From Paraphysomonas bandaiensis (taxonomy: Eukaryota; Protista; Chrysophyceae): a stretch of 64,000 nucleotides of DNA. The position numbers and the translations under genes were made by a program. This document shows positions 12,451 through 25,278 of the stretch, piece after piece (position 1 is the first letter of the stretch; each line of letters begins with the position of its first letter). The notes under the pieces are model-generated. The model saw only the letters and a list, made by a program, of their open reading frames with translations. It was not told where the DNA came from and searched no databases. Where the stretch lies: contig CBFFRP010000199.1 of NCBI GenBank assembly GCA_965644295.1, positions 496,001 to 560,000 of the forward strand, given 5' to 3'.

Positions 12451-13959
12451 ATCAGCTATTTTGAAATGTAAAGACTGGTGGGATAGCAAGGCACAGAGTA
12501 AATATTTAGTTAAGTTTTCTGACGAGCAGATGAATTATCTAGTTTCTATATAATATAGTGGAATATAGTACATACATATCTTTTACAACTGTTCTGTTTG
12601 ATGAGTCCGTTCACGTAAGCTAAATTCGAAGTTGAAGTGAATTCCAGAGAATTAAATTGCTCAATCGGAAAACTGGAAGAAGGTGGTCTTTGCCAGTAAA
12701 AAACTACAAGGGTAACTATCCTGAGAGATCTAATTGTGGAACTCCATCATTGTTACGGAAGAGAGAGTTCAAATCGCTCAATAGGCAAATCACACAAGGA
12801 CTTCAAGGGTGGTGACAAATGTGTCAGAATGAGCGTGAAGACGAGTGTAGCCTTCAACAACGGATTCTCGTCAGCGGTAAGTACTATTCACAACCACAAA
12901 GCACTCAGTCGGACTGCAACTTTTCTTTTCTAGAGTGAAGTAGAATATGTATCGTTGAACAGCAATTATCTGTGAAGAAATAGTGTACAGGTCGTATAGG
13001 TCAACTTCGATGTATTGCTAACAGGAGAGCAAAGATTTATTTCCGTCAAAGCTCTTAGCGAAATTTGAGTGTAGCCAAACAATATCCCGGCAATTCATGT
13101 AAGAAAAAAACATATCAAAGGAGGTTGAAATGTGATACATATTGGAACACCCAGAGAAAAAATAAAAGTAAGCATCGAGTCGCCAGGTAGAATTTAGTCC
13201 ACAGGTAAGAGTTAGTTTGAAATACTGAGTTCGAATTATTTTGAGACTGTTCGCATAGGGTCACCGGTCTAGGCGTTGGCGTTCCCACTGAACTTGACAA
13301 TTCTGCTAAGAGTAAGTGAACAACTCAGAAATGCTTCGCTGTCGTTCCGAGTGAACGTAATGTACACTACGCAGATAATATTTCATGGATTCGAGGCCAC
13401 TACATGCCGACAAACATGATATGCAAATGAAAAATGTATTGGACCAAAGCAAATGTGGCTTCAAACAGTGCAATTATTAAGCAATCCAATTTATCATTTC
13501 CATCTGCTCACAGCCAGTAATTTGATTGATACTCATCAGCACCTAGGAAAAATTACAGATGCTCATTGCGGCTTCCACCATAAAAATATGAATCGAAACA
13601 TCGCCTTAAACAATTCAGCAACAAAAGAACATCTTAACAGTTTAATCGACAACAATTCAAAAATGGCAATGCAAATGTTTATCAATTGGAAGATCGTGGT
13701 CAAATATACAAATACTACAACCGTTGAAATATTGTAGCAAAAACATAATCCGATCATTTCCTAAATTTCCGACTCACCGAATAATGATTCCATTCCTCTC
13801 AACGCTGGTTATTCCAACACCAGTAATGCCCACACGTATTGCGTCTGAAGTCTGTGCAATTTGATGAACAACCCAAACTGTCTCCAAATAAACGTTTCGT
13901 ACTGATCAAATTATATTTATTCGACTGAATATCATGCTTTTTCAATGACATTGGCGGAC

Positions 13960-14210
13960 TTTCGTCACGAAAGCATACACCGAGGAGACAGGTGTTGCAC
14001 TATATTCCTTGCAGGGACATCAATTCCGGCAAAATAATTGCCGACTACACGGGCACCAGACTTCCATATACGGAGACTCGATAGTCTACATATTACTCTG
14101 ACTTTGTGCTACAGGACAGTACCAGTTTATTCGCGATTATCTGCCAACATATACAATAATGAGCTAGCGGCTACATTACAGATCCTCTCCAGGAACATGT
14201 AGCCTTATAA
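13960..14210 (+). pseudogene. Decayed SET-domain fragment, probably TE-derived
   Basis: Manual translation: RDINSGKIIADYTG...SDFVLQD...SGYITDPL, interrupted by stop codons. Confidence 0.4.
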
Positions 14211-14763
14211 ATTCCTTAGAGAAAAGGAAAATATGTATTCAAACAGGTAAAGATGTCTCGGAACATGAAGGCCTCCTCATTAGTTGTGGACACGAGTGCT
14301 GGGCTGGACACCTCAATCACAGGAGACATTACAACGAGAGATAGACGCATATATCGACGACATGAGGTCACAGAAAAAGAGAATGGGACGGCCTTATAAT
14401 AGAACATGAACCCATATCACCGTCACACTATGCCTCCTCACAATCATACTGACAGACCTCAGAGTACAAAAACGGCAACCCATCTCACTAATCGGACACA
14501 CTAGAAGAGATTACCAACCATTTCCGAAAATGAAAGATACTGCCTACTGCTACAGTCCACAGGCTACAGGACATGTGCGCGGATTCATATCATGCTCCTA
14601 TCCAACATCACCCACACCGTACATGGAAGTATCCTCATACTGCTATAGTTTTTTTGTATTTCTATAGTCAAAAACAAGTCGACTCAGCATGGACGGTCAT
14701 ACAATGCAAACCGCACCCGCTCTCGTTCCGCTCGCGGAAGTTAAGTTGCATCTGGCCCGGTTA

Positions 14764-16548
14764 CACGCGTTCTTAACAAAAAAAAACCTACCCACAAATC
14801 CTACCTTTTTCAAAACCTCGGTGGTGAGGTTTTGGGTTTTCGTTTTGCACCGTACTAACAAAAAAATCCTCCCCATAAACCAGAGGATTTCGAAAACCTC
14901 TGCATTCGTCCACCAGGTTTGAATATTTAAACAGTGTACTATAGAATTACTCGATAAATCATTATTATTCGATAATATAAGGTTAAAAATGGACACTTCT
15001 TCAGTTTCCAATGACATGGGCGGGTTTGTTGACCCTCAATAGGAAGCAGATATTGATGATATCGAGTCACCAACTCTTGGAACAATTGAAGGTCGAGGCT
15101 TCATCATTGACATATCAGACTTGAGTGAAGTTGTGACATAAGAAGCGTTTCGAAGAGAGACTGTTCATTGCTGTTGGTAATTCGGCTCAGTTTTCCATGG
15201 TGAGATGAATCTCAGGAGTGAGTATCTACATAGAAACGTAGACGAGCGTCGAAGGAATACAGGCAACAATTTCTGCGCGAGAAAACGAGCAAGGAATTAC
15301 GGAATACGAGATAGATCTTGCGGAGTGGGAGTTCGGAAAGCAGTTCCATCTAGCTGCGTCAATGAGAGCATCAAAGTATAGCCATGAGATAAAAGATAAA
15401 CTGTTAGCCATGAAAACTATTCGTAGTTCGTAGTATATAGTATATAGTATTCACTAGCTTCAGCTCCACCCCCATCAGTAAATTTTAATGACAGTAGTGT
15501 AAAATATGATAGCTAGGATGTTGCGAACACTCACAGTTGGAAATGTTAACGACTGATGTGATGACTTTGCCATTATTAAAATACTTAACGATATATAACG
15601 GTAGTGAATTCAATTGTTGATAGCGTGGCGAATACATGGTAATGAAAGTGACACTATTGATAAACAAATGCAATACGTGAAGGAGGGATATGTATACAGT
15701 CACACCTATTGCAACGTGCCCCAGGGGACATATCTGTGTTGGTCAACATTCAACATAAGGCAGCCAAAGAACTCTTGACTGGTGTCTAATATTTTGGAAG
15801 TCAATAATAATTGTTATTATCATCATTTTCAGTGTTCTACACTGTTGATTACACACAGTCTCCCTACTCAACATAGTAACACAAATCACAGTCTTTACTC
15901 TTTCAAAGGAAGGATATAGAAGGACTAAATTATAAGTGTTACTTTTTCGGTCCTCTCCAACAAATCTCAGAAGATAATGTGCCATATATATATATCATGC
16001 TGCTGGGAGTAGATTTCCTCTTTCATCATAGTTAACTCATGATGAATCTTCGGTATAATCTGGGATAAGTTGTTAAAGATAAGTTTGTATCGTCGACAGA
16101 GGATCGCCAACAGAGCGATCCTGAGTTCATTGCGATTCAGTATATACTATTCCCCATAGTACAGGTGGCATATAGTAATAGAAAAGGTTTGCTCAAATTT
16201 ACCGCACTCCTTCGTCAGTGTCCAGCCCATAATATGGATCTTCCATACCAGATACTTCTTCACCACTATCACTGTCAACGTCCTCCATTAGCACATCCAT
16301 GGTCAAGGGCTAAACCAGTTATAATATGTGTTTAGTGTGCTCTATTTGTTATATAATATCGATTCATATGGTACATCGACCAGACCATAGGTTTTGGACC
16401 CGAGGTTTTGAAGGACCACCCGGATGGTCGTTCAAAACCTCACCCCCCCATTTTTGGGTAGGTTTTGAAAACCTCCTATGGGTAGGTTTTGTAAAAGGTA
16501 GGATTTTTCCGAGGTTTTTTGGTAGGTTTTTTTTGTTAAGAACGGCTG
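14764..16548. mobile_element. Non-autonomous TIR element with 3-bp TTA TSD (Harbinger-like; CACTA not excluded)
   Basis: TIR CA(CG/GC)CGTTCTTAACAAAAAAAAACCTAC at both ends; TTA at 14761-63 and 16549-51; subterminal AAAACCT/AGGTTTT repeats; decayed convergent ORFs inside. Confidence 0.75.
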
Positions 16549-16739
16549 TTAGTAGTACGGTGGGTGACCACGTGCGAAGTCCGGGTACTGTCCGTTTTTG
16601 TACTCAGACTGGTATTTGCCACTGTATTTTAGTAAACAATGTGGGGATTTTGTTGAGAGAGGATATAAAAGTTGGGGTATTTTGGACGAAAAATCAAACT
16701 TTGTACAGCAGAAGAGTTTTTATATAGCAGCTAGAGACA

Positions 16740-18013
16740 CATTCATATTTTGATCAAAACTGGGTTCACATCCCTAAGCGTGGCTCTGGATTCGGGTTTC
16801 ATTTGGCTATATTGACATGTCCCAGCGCAGTAAACCTGATAGGGAGCCTCCGGAGTCCAGCAACGGAAAAGGACTATCGGATTTGGTGTTATATTAAGTT
16901 AGACACGTTTGAATTGTGTCGAGTGAAATTGAAGTACATGTCGAATACGTATTATATAGCAGCCACAGATCAGTAGCAGCAACCTGTGAGCATGAAGTTT
17001 ACAGCACTTGCGGAAGTTACACTCCGTATCGTCCACAAGAAAATACAGCTTCCTTCGTGATGCTCAGAGATCCACTCGACCGCCTACTCGCATTTTTTTC
17101 ACTGTTTAAGTGGATCTAATGCTACTAAAGCCGTCGATGTATTCTTGTTTTGTTCTCGCTCCAATGGCACACTTCGTGTGGAACCAGAAAATTATCTGTC
17201 GTTTTACAATGCTATAGTATAAGAGCGATCAGGCACAGAACTTCTGGCTACCCGCCACACGTGCTGTCCAGACTAAGATGCGACTTGGGCTTGGACCGGT
17301 TCGTTACGTTCAACAGTTTTTTTATATTTTCGATTGTCATGTTATTAGCCGTTACGATGTTGTTGTCACGTATAATTCATTGTTTGTTTACAGTAAGAAT
17401 GGGTAATTTTGTACTATATAGCTGTCAGTGAAGTCAGAGTAAGATTGACGGTAAGTATTCAGAATATGAATTCATTTTTACAGATACGTATACACGCCCT
17501 GCATGAAAGTGATATAACTTTTGTTTCATGCGTTGTGTGAAGTCTCGCTTTACTTGTTGCATGTAATAATGAATTGATCTTTATAATATTAAAACAATGT
17601 TGTGATTATTAGAGTGTAAGTAATGAACACGATAGGGTGAAAATTATAAATAACAATATAGAACATAGCTATCATGCACAACGGAAGAGTTAGAAGTGTA
17701 ACTGATAATGACGACGTTATGATGACGATCACGTATCTTCGACAGATACTCTCTCTAATTCAGTTCATGGTATATTTCATTGAACATTATAACTCACAGA
17801 TACAATCATGTATTAAGCTGCATCCTATTACATGTTGGTAGTGAAGCAACTCGACAAGAGTTTAAAAATTCACTACTTAAAATGGGGTTTAGCGATCCCT
17901 ACGATGAGTATACCGTTGCAATGGCGAAACGCGTGTTCTATTTACGGTGGAAGCGTTTTAACGTTACAACCACACAACCACTGCCGAGTGTTCCAGTTGA
18001 AGTCGTTATATAG
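16740..18013 (+). pseudogene. Sulfotransferase-family pseudogene, frameshifted and interrupted by a repeat
   Basis: WVHIPKRGSG (5'-PSB-like), MLRDPLDRL (3'-PB-like) and C-terminal DPYDEYTVAMAKRVF lie in different ORF pieces with stops between them. Confidence 0.6.
17562..17832. repeat. ~270-bp AT-rich dispersed repeat, solo-LTR-like; other copies ~20140-20406 (inverted) and partial ~9190-9336
   Basis: Clear three-way similarity (GTATCTTC(A/G)ACAGATAC...AATTCAGTTCA(T/C)G...TTTCATTGAACA); this copy is bounded by TGTAATA/TATTACA. Confidence 0.65.
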
Positions 18014-18020
18014 ATGACTC

Positions 18021-18897
18021 ATCTGCACTACGGAGACTCTCCAGCAGAGCCTGGAATCCCTCCATCCCACAGGTCGAGAGATACTGGACTGGAACCATCA
18101 CAGCAGCCCAACTGGAAACGGTCTTCGGAGATGCCATACACAACCACCTGACGGCACACAGTCTACGGAACCTAGAAACAGCGGTTATTAATCTCCTGCA
18201 ACCGCTTTACACTGCAGCGAAGCTTATGTTACAGGATCGCGGTTGTCGCTATATCACCATGTCCAAAAGCCGCCCAGGCTACTCCCGAGACCCCGTCCGA
18301 AACGCAGTCAGTCAAGACAACGTCCGAGAGTCCTTCGATACTAGGGTCCAACGAAGACCCCCCACAGCGTATCCGACTCCAGACACACGTGCACACCTCA
18401 CAGGTCCTACCCGACAGAGCACTGGACTGCCCAGACCTCCACAACGCCGACGGCTTCGACAACTCTATCTACACCCGCGGCCCCACAGGAGCACAGTAAC
18501 ACAGACTACAAACCCAACTCCTCCTCCCAACAATCCCCACCACTCTCAACCCACACATCTGGAACTAGGTGCACTCAGGACCCTAATTCAGAACGCTGAG
18601 CCCCCTCCAAAACCAATGGAGACCCATCCCAAAGGGAGACCCCCAGATCAATAGCGCCGGTGAGTCCACGGACACACAATAAAGGCGAATTTCATATCAC
18701 ACAAAAAGAACGGAAGTGGTTGCACCTTGGTGCTTGCGGCGACGCACAAGCAGCTTTCGTAGCGTTAAATAGTAGGATAAAAGAGTTTGTATTGATTAGT
18801 TACGGGTAGTGGTCTAACTAGTATGACTAGCATTCTTCTAGCCACTAATTGATGCAAGGTCTCAACGCCTATTGCTAAATAATTAGACATTCACTAC
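18021..18897 (+). mobile_element. 5'-truncated non-LTR retrotransposon (LINE) 3' end
   Basis: 14-bp TSD TATATAGATGACTC (18007-18020, 18898-18911); open frame from the 5' junction (..VERYWTGTITAAQL..AAKLMLQDR..GRPPDQ*) to 18654; 3' UTR ends CATTCACTAC. No RT domain is visible, so the LINE call rests on the TSD and truncation. Confidence 0.75.
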
Positions 18898-19261
18898 TAT
18901 ATAGATGACTCCATACTTCTTTCTCTATCACACTTTGCTGTGGTGTGTATATATTTGGAGTGTCAAATTAAAATAATTAAAGAATTTTAGTGCTGCAGAT
19001 AAAGCACTTAGATATATATCGAAACATACCGCTTTTCTTATATATTCACTAATCGTACGAAATTATTTCGTACCCTATTCAGGTTCTGTAAATTCCCTGT
19101 TATTCACCATTCAGATTAGTTTCGATTATTATAAGAGTCACACTCCTTTGTTACTGGGATTAGAACATAACGTACACGTCTGTAGACTTAGTAGTCATAT
19201 AAGGTATTCACCTTATAAGGACAGAGGACGAAAGTGGTTGCACCTTTGTACTTGCGGTGAC

Positions 19262-20013
19262 CAGGGCTGCGTAACAATTAATTGCAATTAATTGTAATTG
19301 TAATTAAATTGCATGGAACATACATAATCATTGCAATTGTAATTGCTCGCTGTAAGGTTGCAATTACATTGCAATTAATTGGCAATTATTAACTATATAG
19401 TTTAAGAGCACATAATAATAGAATTAGAAGTTGCAAAGCATTAAGGACAATGGCCAGTTATTGCCCTTAATGGCTGTACTACAATGGATATTACAATGTG
19501 TGGAAGGTTGGCCTCTCATTATAACGTTTTCTTTACATTAGGAAAGGTACTGTTTTTTTGAACGATCGATTATGTGTCTTTCCTCTTGATTTTGAGCTAC
19601 AAAACTTAGTTCAGCTCGATCCATTGTGTATATATATATATGTAATGCTCAATACCCCTCTTGTTGAAGATATATATTTATAAGTAGTAGTGTGGCAATC
19701 ATGTTCTTCTGATCCTGGATGCCTTACAGGACACTGCAGGATTGAAGTTCACTACGAACTGGATGTGCAGCGGTATGGACATGGATTATCAGGACTTTTC
19801 ACTGTTTTTTGCAGACGAAAACCATGTAAATATCATACTCCGTCAATTATATCATCATATGGTTGAAGATGCTACACGTGCTTGCAATGAGTAACTAAGT
19901 TAATTAGACAATAATTGGCACAATAAAATATCAATTAGGTTTAGCTAATAATTGCAATTTAATTTCCAAAAAACATTTGCAATTAAATTGCAATTAATTG
20001 TTACGCAGACCTG
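19262..20013. mobile_element. 752-bp non-coding hAT-type element inserted into a SINE tail (host copy ~19205-20132)
   Basis: TIR CAGG(G/T)CTGCGTAACAATTAATTGCAATT; 8-bp TSD GCGGTGAC/GTGGTGAC; flanks rejoin to the SINE motif CTTGCGGTGAC..ACAAGCAG. Confidence 0.85.
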
Positions 20014-20424
20014 GTGGTGACACACAAGCAGCATTCGTAGCGCTAAATAGTAGGATATCAGGGTAAGAACTAGTTAGTTACATTAGTTCTGACGCTTACA
20101 AGCCTATTGCTAATAATCAGACATTATCACTAGCCTACTTATTAAGATTCAGCTTAATACAAGATTGTATCTGTGAGTTATAGTGTTCAATGAAATATAT
20201 CGTGAACTGAATTAGAGAGAGTATCTGTTGAAGATACATGATCGTCATCATAACGTTGTCATTATCAGTTACACCTCTAACTCTTCCGTTGTGCATGATA
20301 GTTATGTTTTATATTGTTATTCATAATTCTCACTCTACTGTGTTCATTACTGTACACTCTAATAATCACAGCATTGTTTTACTATTACTAAGATCAATTC
20401 TTTATTCTACTAGCCAATGCAGTC

Positions 20425-20590
20425 ATTGTGAATTGAAAGATTGAAAGTATGAATTATTTAATGACATGATTTTTAACCTCTTGACTAGGTCTTGACATTA
20501 TTTTTAGTGTGACAAGGAAATTACACCAAATTAACTAGGTCTAGTAATAGATTCGTTTAAAATATGGTTGGTGGTGATATTGATAATAAT
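20425..20590. repeat. Diverged dispersed repeat; second copy inverted at ~39425-39577
   Basis: GAAATTACACCAAAT..ACTAGGTC..TAATAGAT and TGAATTATTTA.TGAC match the reverse complement at 39460-39577. Confidence 0.6.
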
Positions 20591-21029
20591 CTGTATGGTG
20601 AGGACAGAGATGAAGAGAGTAATTAATGTAAGAGTAACTTTTACTAATACACTAAAGTTGACAATGTAGCGCAGTGATTTTTCAATTTAATAACCAAGAG
20701 GTTTCATACTAGTACTACACGACCGTAGCATTTAGCTGTAGCTCCGCAGTATTATTGCTATGTAGTTTTCTCGTATTCTCTACCCTTGAAACATGAAATA
20801 GATATACATATAATGTGTTTCCAGCCAGGATAATCGCTTACGGGTACTACACCTAAACTAACACTCTAGTATCAATCTTTCAAAAGCTCTTCACTTGCAT
20901 TATATAATTACTTGGCGTCACACAGTTATTTTGTGCTAAAGTTATATAGGTATAGCTCACAACGAGCATGGGCTCATCAAACAGCCAGAAAGCAGCAGTA
21001 TCAAAATTTAAATACTGTCAGCTAGAAAT

Positions 21030-21551
21030 TTACTTGTGAGAAGCCTTGTAGTCCGATTCATCATCATCATCATCATCATCATCTTTGCCCTCTGCACGCC
21101 TGTTGCTACTCCCACTCCCCTTGCTGCTACGCTTACTGTCTGATGCCTTGGCACCATCATCTTTGCTCTCAGAATTATTAATCTTCTTCGCGGCCCGCAC
21201 CATCAATTTATAAAATGCAGGATAGTCCGTACAAGCGACAAGATAGTTCACGAAATGTACAAGTTTTTTGTCCTTGATGTTGGTGTCCTCTTGGACATCA
21301 CTCAACTGCTCAAAGAACTCCCTGTCATTCCCTCCAAGCGACTCAACAAAATCAGAGAGTTGTTCCTCATACAGCTTCAAATATTTGGTGTAAAGGTCAT
21401 AGAACTCAAGGTTCTGTTCTCCCGAATTTTCAATGAGAGGGGCATCAACAAACTTGTGAGCATGCTTGGCAGTGAATTCTCTGAACACTTCTTGTCCATC
21501 TTTGCTCCACATGTGGCGAGCTGCGGCATCAACTAACGGATACTTTGACAT
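21030..21551 (-). CDS. BART-domain protein (ARL2BP/CFAP36-like)
   Basis: F...HAHKF....GEQNLEFYDLYTKYLKLYEEQLSDFVESLG and ACTDYPAFYKLM; acidic tail; start taken at MSKYPLV. Confidence 0.8.
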   Translation of the reverse strand: MSKYPLVDAAARHMWSKDGQEVFREFTAKHAHKFVDAPLIENSGEQNLEFYDLYTKYLKLYEEQLSDFVESLGGNDREFFEQLSDVQEDTNIKDKKLVHFVNYLVACTDYPAFYKLMVRAAKKINNSESKDDGAKASDSKRSSKGSGSSNRRAEGKDDDDDDDDESDYKASHK

Positions 21552-22977
21552 TCTAACAAATATGCCTGAGACAATATCAACCAGTGAAGTATGTAATAAT
21601 ACAATGAGCTTATTTCTGTATGGTACGATATCGTTACATGTATATGTACATACTCTGCAGCACGTCAACACCCATCGCACATACACCAGCAGCAGTATAG
21701 TGGTACAGGGGTTCAGTGCACGGGCTGTTTGGTGTTGTCACCCCATGATCGGTATACAGCAGTATACCAGGGTATACCAAACCCGAACAGACTACGACGT
21801 ACGTCATATGTCTAGATATCAGAACTTTATGTTCTCAACACGTGGATTTTAGGTCTCGGCAACATAAACAGACAGCTGTTCGGTGTTCCGTCCCCCAGAC
21901 CACTGTGTTCAGCAGAAGAGAGAATAACAAGACTGGATCTGGATCGGATGGGGTAGATTCTTGATGGGGCGGGATAGGAGATGCTACATGGTTACAGATT
22001 TCTATAGAGAAGCTGGTTACAGTTACTGTTGTCATAGGTAGTGCTTCTCGATCGGTAATACTTATGAAGTTGATACTATAGCGGCACCAATTAGGTGGAA
22101 GCTTAAGCGAATCCTACCCACTGAATGTTGTAATGTGGATATATATAATCACAAATTACTTGTCTTTCCTTGAGGCGATTTTGATATTAAATTGGCAGTA
22201 CCTTGTGCTGTAGCTGCTGAAATTGAGGCCCGGCAGGCACAAAATCTCTGTTCACATATACATGCGAGAAGATACAAATCCTTCGGACCCACACTGCTTG
22301 TTGATGTCAAATGCTCTTTATTTTACTATTGAAGTGTACACATAGAAATCTATGTGTAGCAACGTTGAAGAAATCTGGTACTGCCTGTGCCACTAAATTT
22401 AGCTGAATTGTATGCTATTTATATCCAGTGTGATTCAACTTTCTTTGTTGTGCACAATATTGTGTTGATCATCGACGAAGCTACAGATATCTGAAGGAAC
22501 AGGCCTCATGGGGGCAGGGATATGTTTTACAGTATTAGATATGTAGCATGTAGATTGCTATATTGATAGCAAGGTCGCATCATCGATTCAATATGATAAG
22601 TACCATAGCGGCATGTTAATGTATAGGTTTTATGACATTACCAGTATCATTTGTATTTACTGTTCAGGTTACTAGCTAATGTCTTAATGATGTAACCAAT
22701 TAACGTATGCATTGTGTACTGTGTACGTACTTCCTGTTGTAGCGGATATTAAAACATTCGTTATTCTTACACATTAAGAGGAATATATATATATATACAA
22801 ATTCAAAAGCTATAATTACCAATACACACGTACTCATTTTTCAAAATAAATTAATTTTAGTACTAAGCCTCTCATCATATTCAATTCTAAGTTGTTATAT
22901 CAAGCAATTAAATTCAATAATCAACATTTTTCGTATATTAAAGATATTAAACTCAGCTCCTACTTTTTAGATATTGA

Positions 22978-23762
22978 CTAGGATGCATGTGAAACTAGAG
23001 TGTTGAATTTGGAAACCCACGTCGTAGGAATATTAAACTTTTCCTTCACAGACGAGGATTTATACTGAAGACGGCTGTTGAGCCAAGAAAAACCGTCGTG
23101 CAGTCCATTCTTGGTAATAGCACAGCAGGAAAAGACACGCCAGTCTCCTTGTTGCCACCCTTTCGATATCATACTCTTTTCATATGCCGGGGTGAGATGA
23201 AGGTGCTCGGCGACCTCGTGACTACTCATCGCATTTGGCAGGTCAGATTTATTAGCAAGAACCAAAATAGGAATTCCTGGTGCAACTTCTTGCAGCAAAA
23301 CTATCACAGGCGTGAATTCATCGTGGCATTGATCAATACGATCTCTGTCATTACTAAGTATTGTTGGTACAATTTCAGGGAATCGGAGTAATATCAATAC
23401 CTGTCAACCACAAATACCAATCCATCAGATTTTTCAAAGTAAAAGCGATAAAGAGGTCTCATTGGAGATCTTCCACCAACATCCCAAGCAGTCATACTAG
23501 TGGACTTATATTTCACTGATTCCACATTAAATCCTACATACAGATTATGTGAATTCCACAGAATAAATACTATGAATGGCATTACCAATTGTTGGAATAG
23601 TATTTTCAATGAAGCTATTCTTTGAAAACATATTGTAGATAATAGTCGTTTTGCCTATGCATAATTCGTTTATTGGGCTACTGTTGAAATTAGTTAGGCA
23701 CCTGATGCATCAAGTCCAATAATGTTAACTTTCACCTCAGTGGTAGTAATCCAGTTTCCCAT
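22978..23762 (-). CDS. Divergent Arf/Arl GTPase, 3 introns
   Basis: MGNW.., IIGLDASG|KTT, TIPTIG|[36 protein letters not shown]. Confidence 0.9.
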
Positions 23763-25135
23763 TATCACAAATTTCTGTTTCAGCAATTATAACAACACAA
23801 TTAAAGGCCTTGTGTTGCAGATAGATATGCATATCCATATCTATATAGGAGTGCATGGCCTGCCACTGCAGATCTCGTCACTCTTCTTCGAAAATAATCC
23901 TGTTGATTTTCATCCAATCAGATTCAGAGTGCTAAGGGTATTCCTTATAGATTTAGGAACATGTTTTTAGGAACATTTTCAGGAACATTTGTTGCTGGAA
24001 TTTTGCAAAAACCCCCCCTTATACATTTTCAGCAACATTTTCAGGAACATTTTCAGCAACATTTGTTCCTGGCAAAGTCGGCAGCAGGCGTTTTTGCCAG
24101 CAACATAGGCCAATGTTCCTGGCAAAACGAATTTTTTCCAGCAACACAGGAACATTGTGACGTGCATGAATATATACTTTAAAGTGTATATTATTACATG
24201 AATTTACTATACCTAAAACAGTTATTGTTGACATATGGAGGAAATCGATGTTAATGTGGAGGCTGCCGATGAGGTCGGCAACACTGACACCGCTGTCGAC
24301 GAAGCTGAGGACCAGCCAGAACCGGTGGTCAAGTTCACCTCAGCCGCTCCCTTGCTGAAACTGTTACAAGAGAAAGACCTAGGAGGTTCGGGTTATATAT
24401 TGTGATTCTACACAACTCTTCTATTTTTTCTGTTGCCTTGCCGGTGAGAGTTCGTCACAAACTTCCATGAGCAAGGTAGAGATCAGGAGAGAGATTATGC
24501 AGTAAAATTCTTATTCTGGTTGCGAGATATTGGTACACCAGACGAGCACGTTCAGGGCATCTTGCGACACGCTGAGTCTCTCTCAAACCCAACCTACACA
24601 AATGAGTGGGCCAAAAAGAAGGATCCAGGGAGGGTGCGTGCTCCAGAAGATATTCCAGCTGTCTATTCCTAGGCAGACCAGCTTGTAATAACTGCAGGGG
24701 CTTCATGTCTGGTAAGGCTGTCGATATGTCAGTAAATCGTCTGCAAGATATCAAGGATATGGCACCTAAGCATACAAGAGCCCCCATAATCACCAGCCTC
24801 AAGGATCGTCTTGAGACTCTAAAGGAAATGGGCTATGACCGAAATGATCCACCCTACCTCTCGCTTTCGCAGGAGCTACTTAAGGAACAAGAAGCTGAGA
24901 CTATGGAGTTGTGAGCTCTTATCACTGAACCTGCAACAGAAGTAAATAACAACGGGTAGAGTTGATATTGAACTGCTTGAAAGTTGTGCATTGACTGGTT
25001 ACAGTCATAATAAATATGACCAACTTTCTAAATTAATTGTTTTGTCGTAGATCAGCTACTTAACTTAACACATTAATACAAGTTAAGTATTAAAATCAAA
25101 ATCCTCTACCATATGAAGTTGTTAATATTATTTCC

Positions 25136-25278
25136 TCGTGCGGGTGGATTCTTGTGAAACACCAACCTCTATCGTGCGATTGGATTCTTGTGAAACACCA
25201 ATCTCTATCGTGCGGTTGGATTCTTGTGAAACACCAATCTCTATCGTGCGGTTGGATACTTGTGAAACACCAATCCTA
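25136..25278 (+). repeat. 36-bp tandem repeat, ~4 copies
   Basis: Unit TCGTGCGGTTGGATTCTTGTGAAACACCAATCTCTA, head to tail with no spacers. Confidence 0.9.

Noticed and set aside
12500-13950. Possible decayed gene or TE
   Set aside because: Only short ORFs, with no diagnostic motif found.
25136-25278. 36-bp repeats of CRISPR-like length
   Set aside because: Units are contiguous with no unique spacers, there are no cas genes, and the context is a eukaryotic TE; this is a minisatellite.
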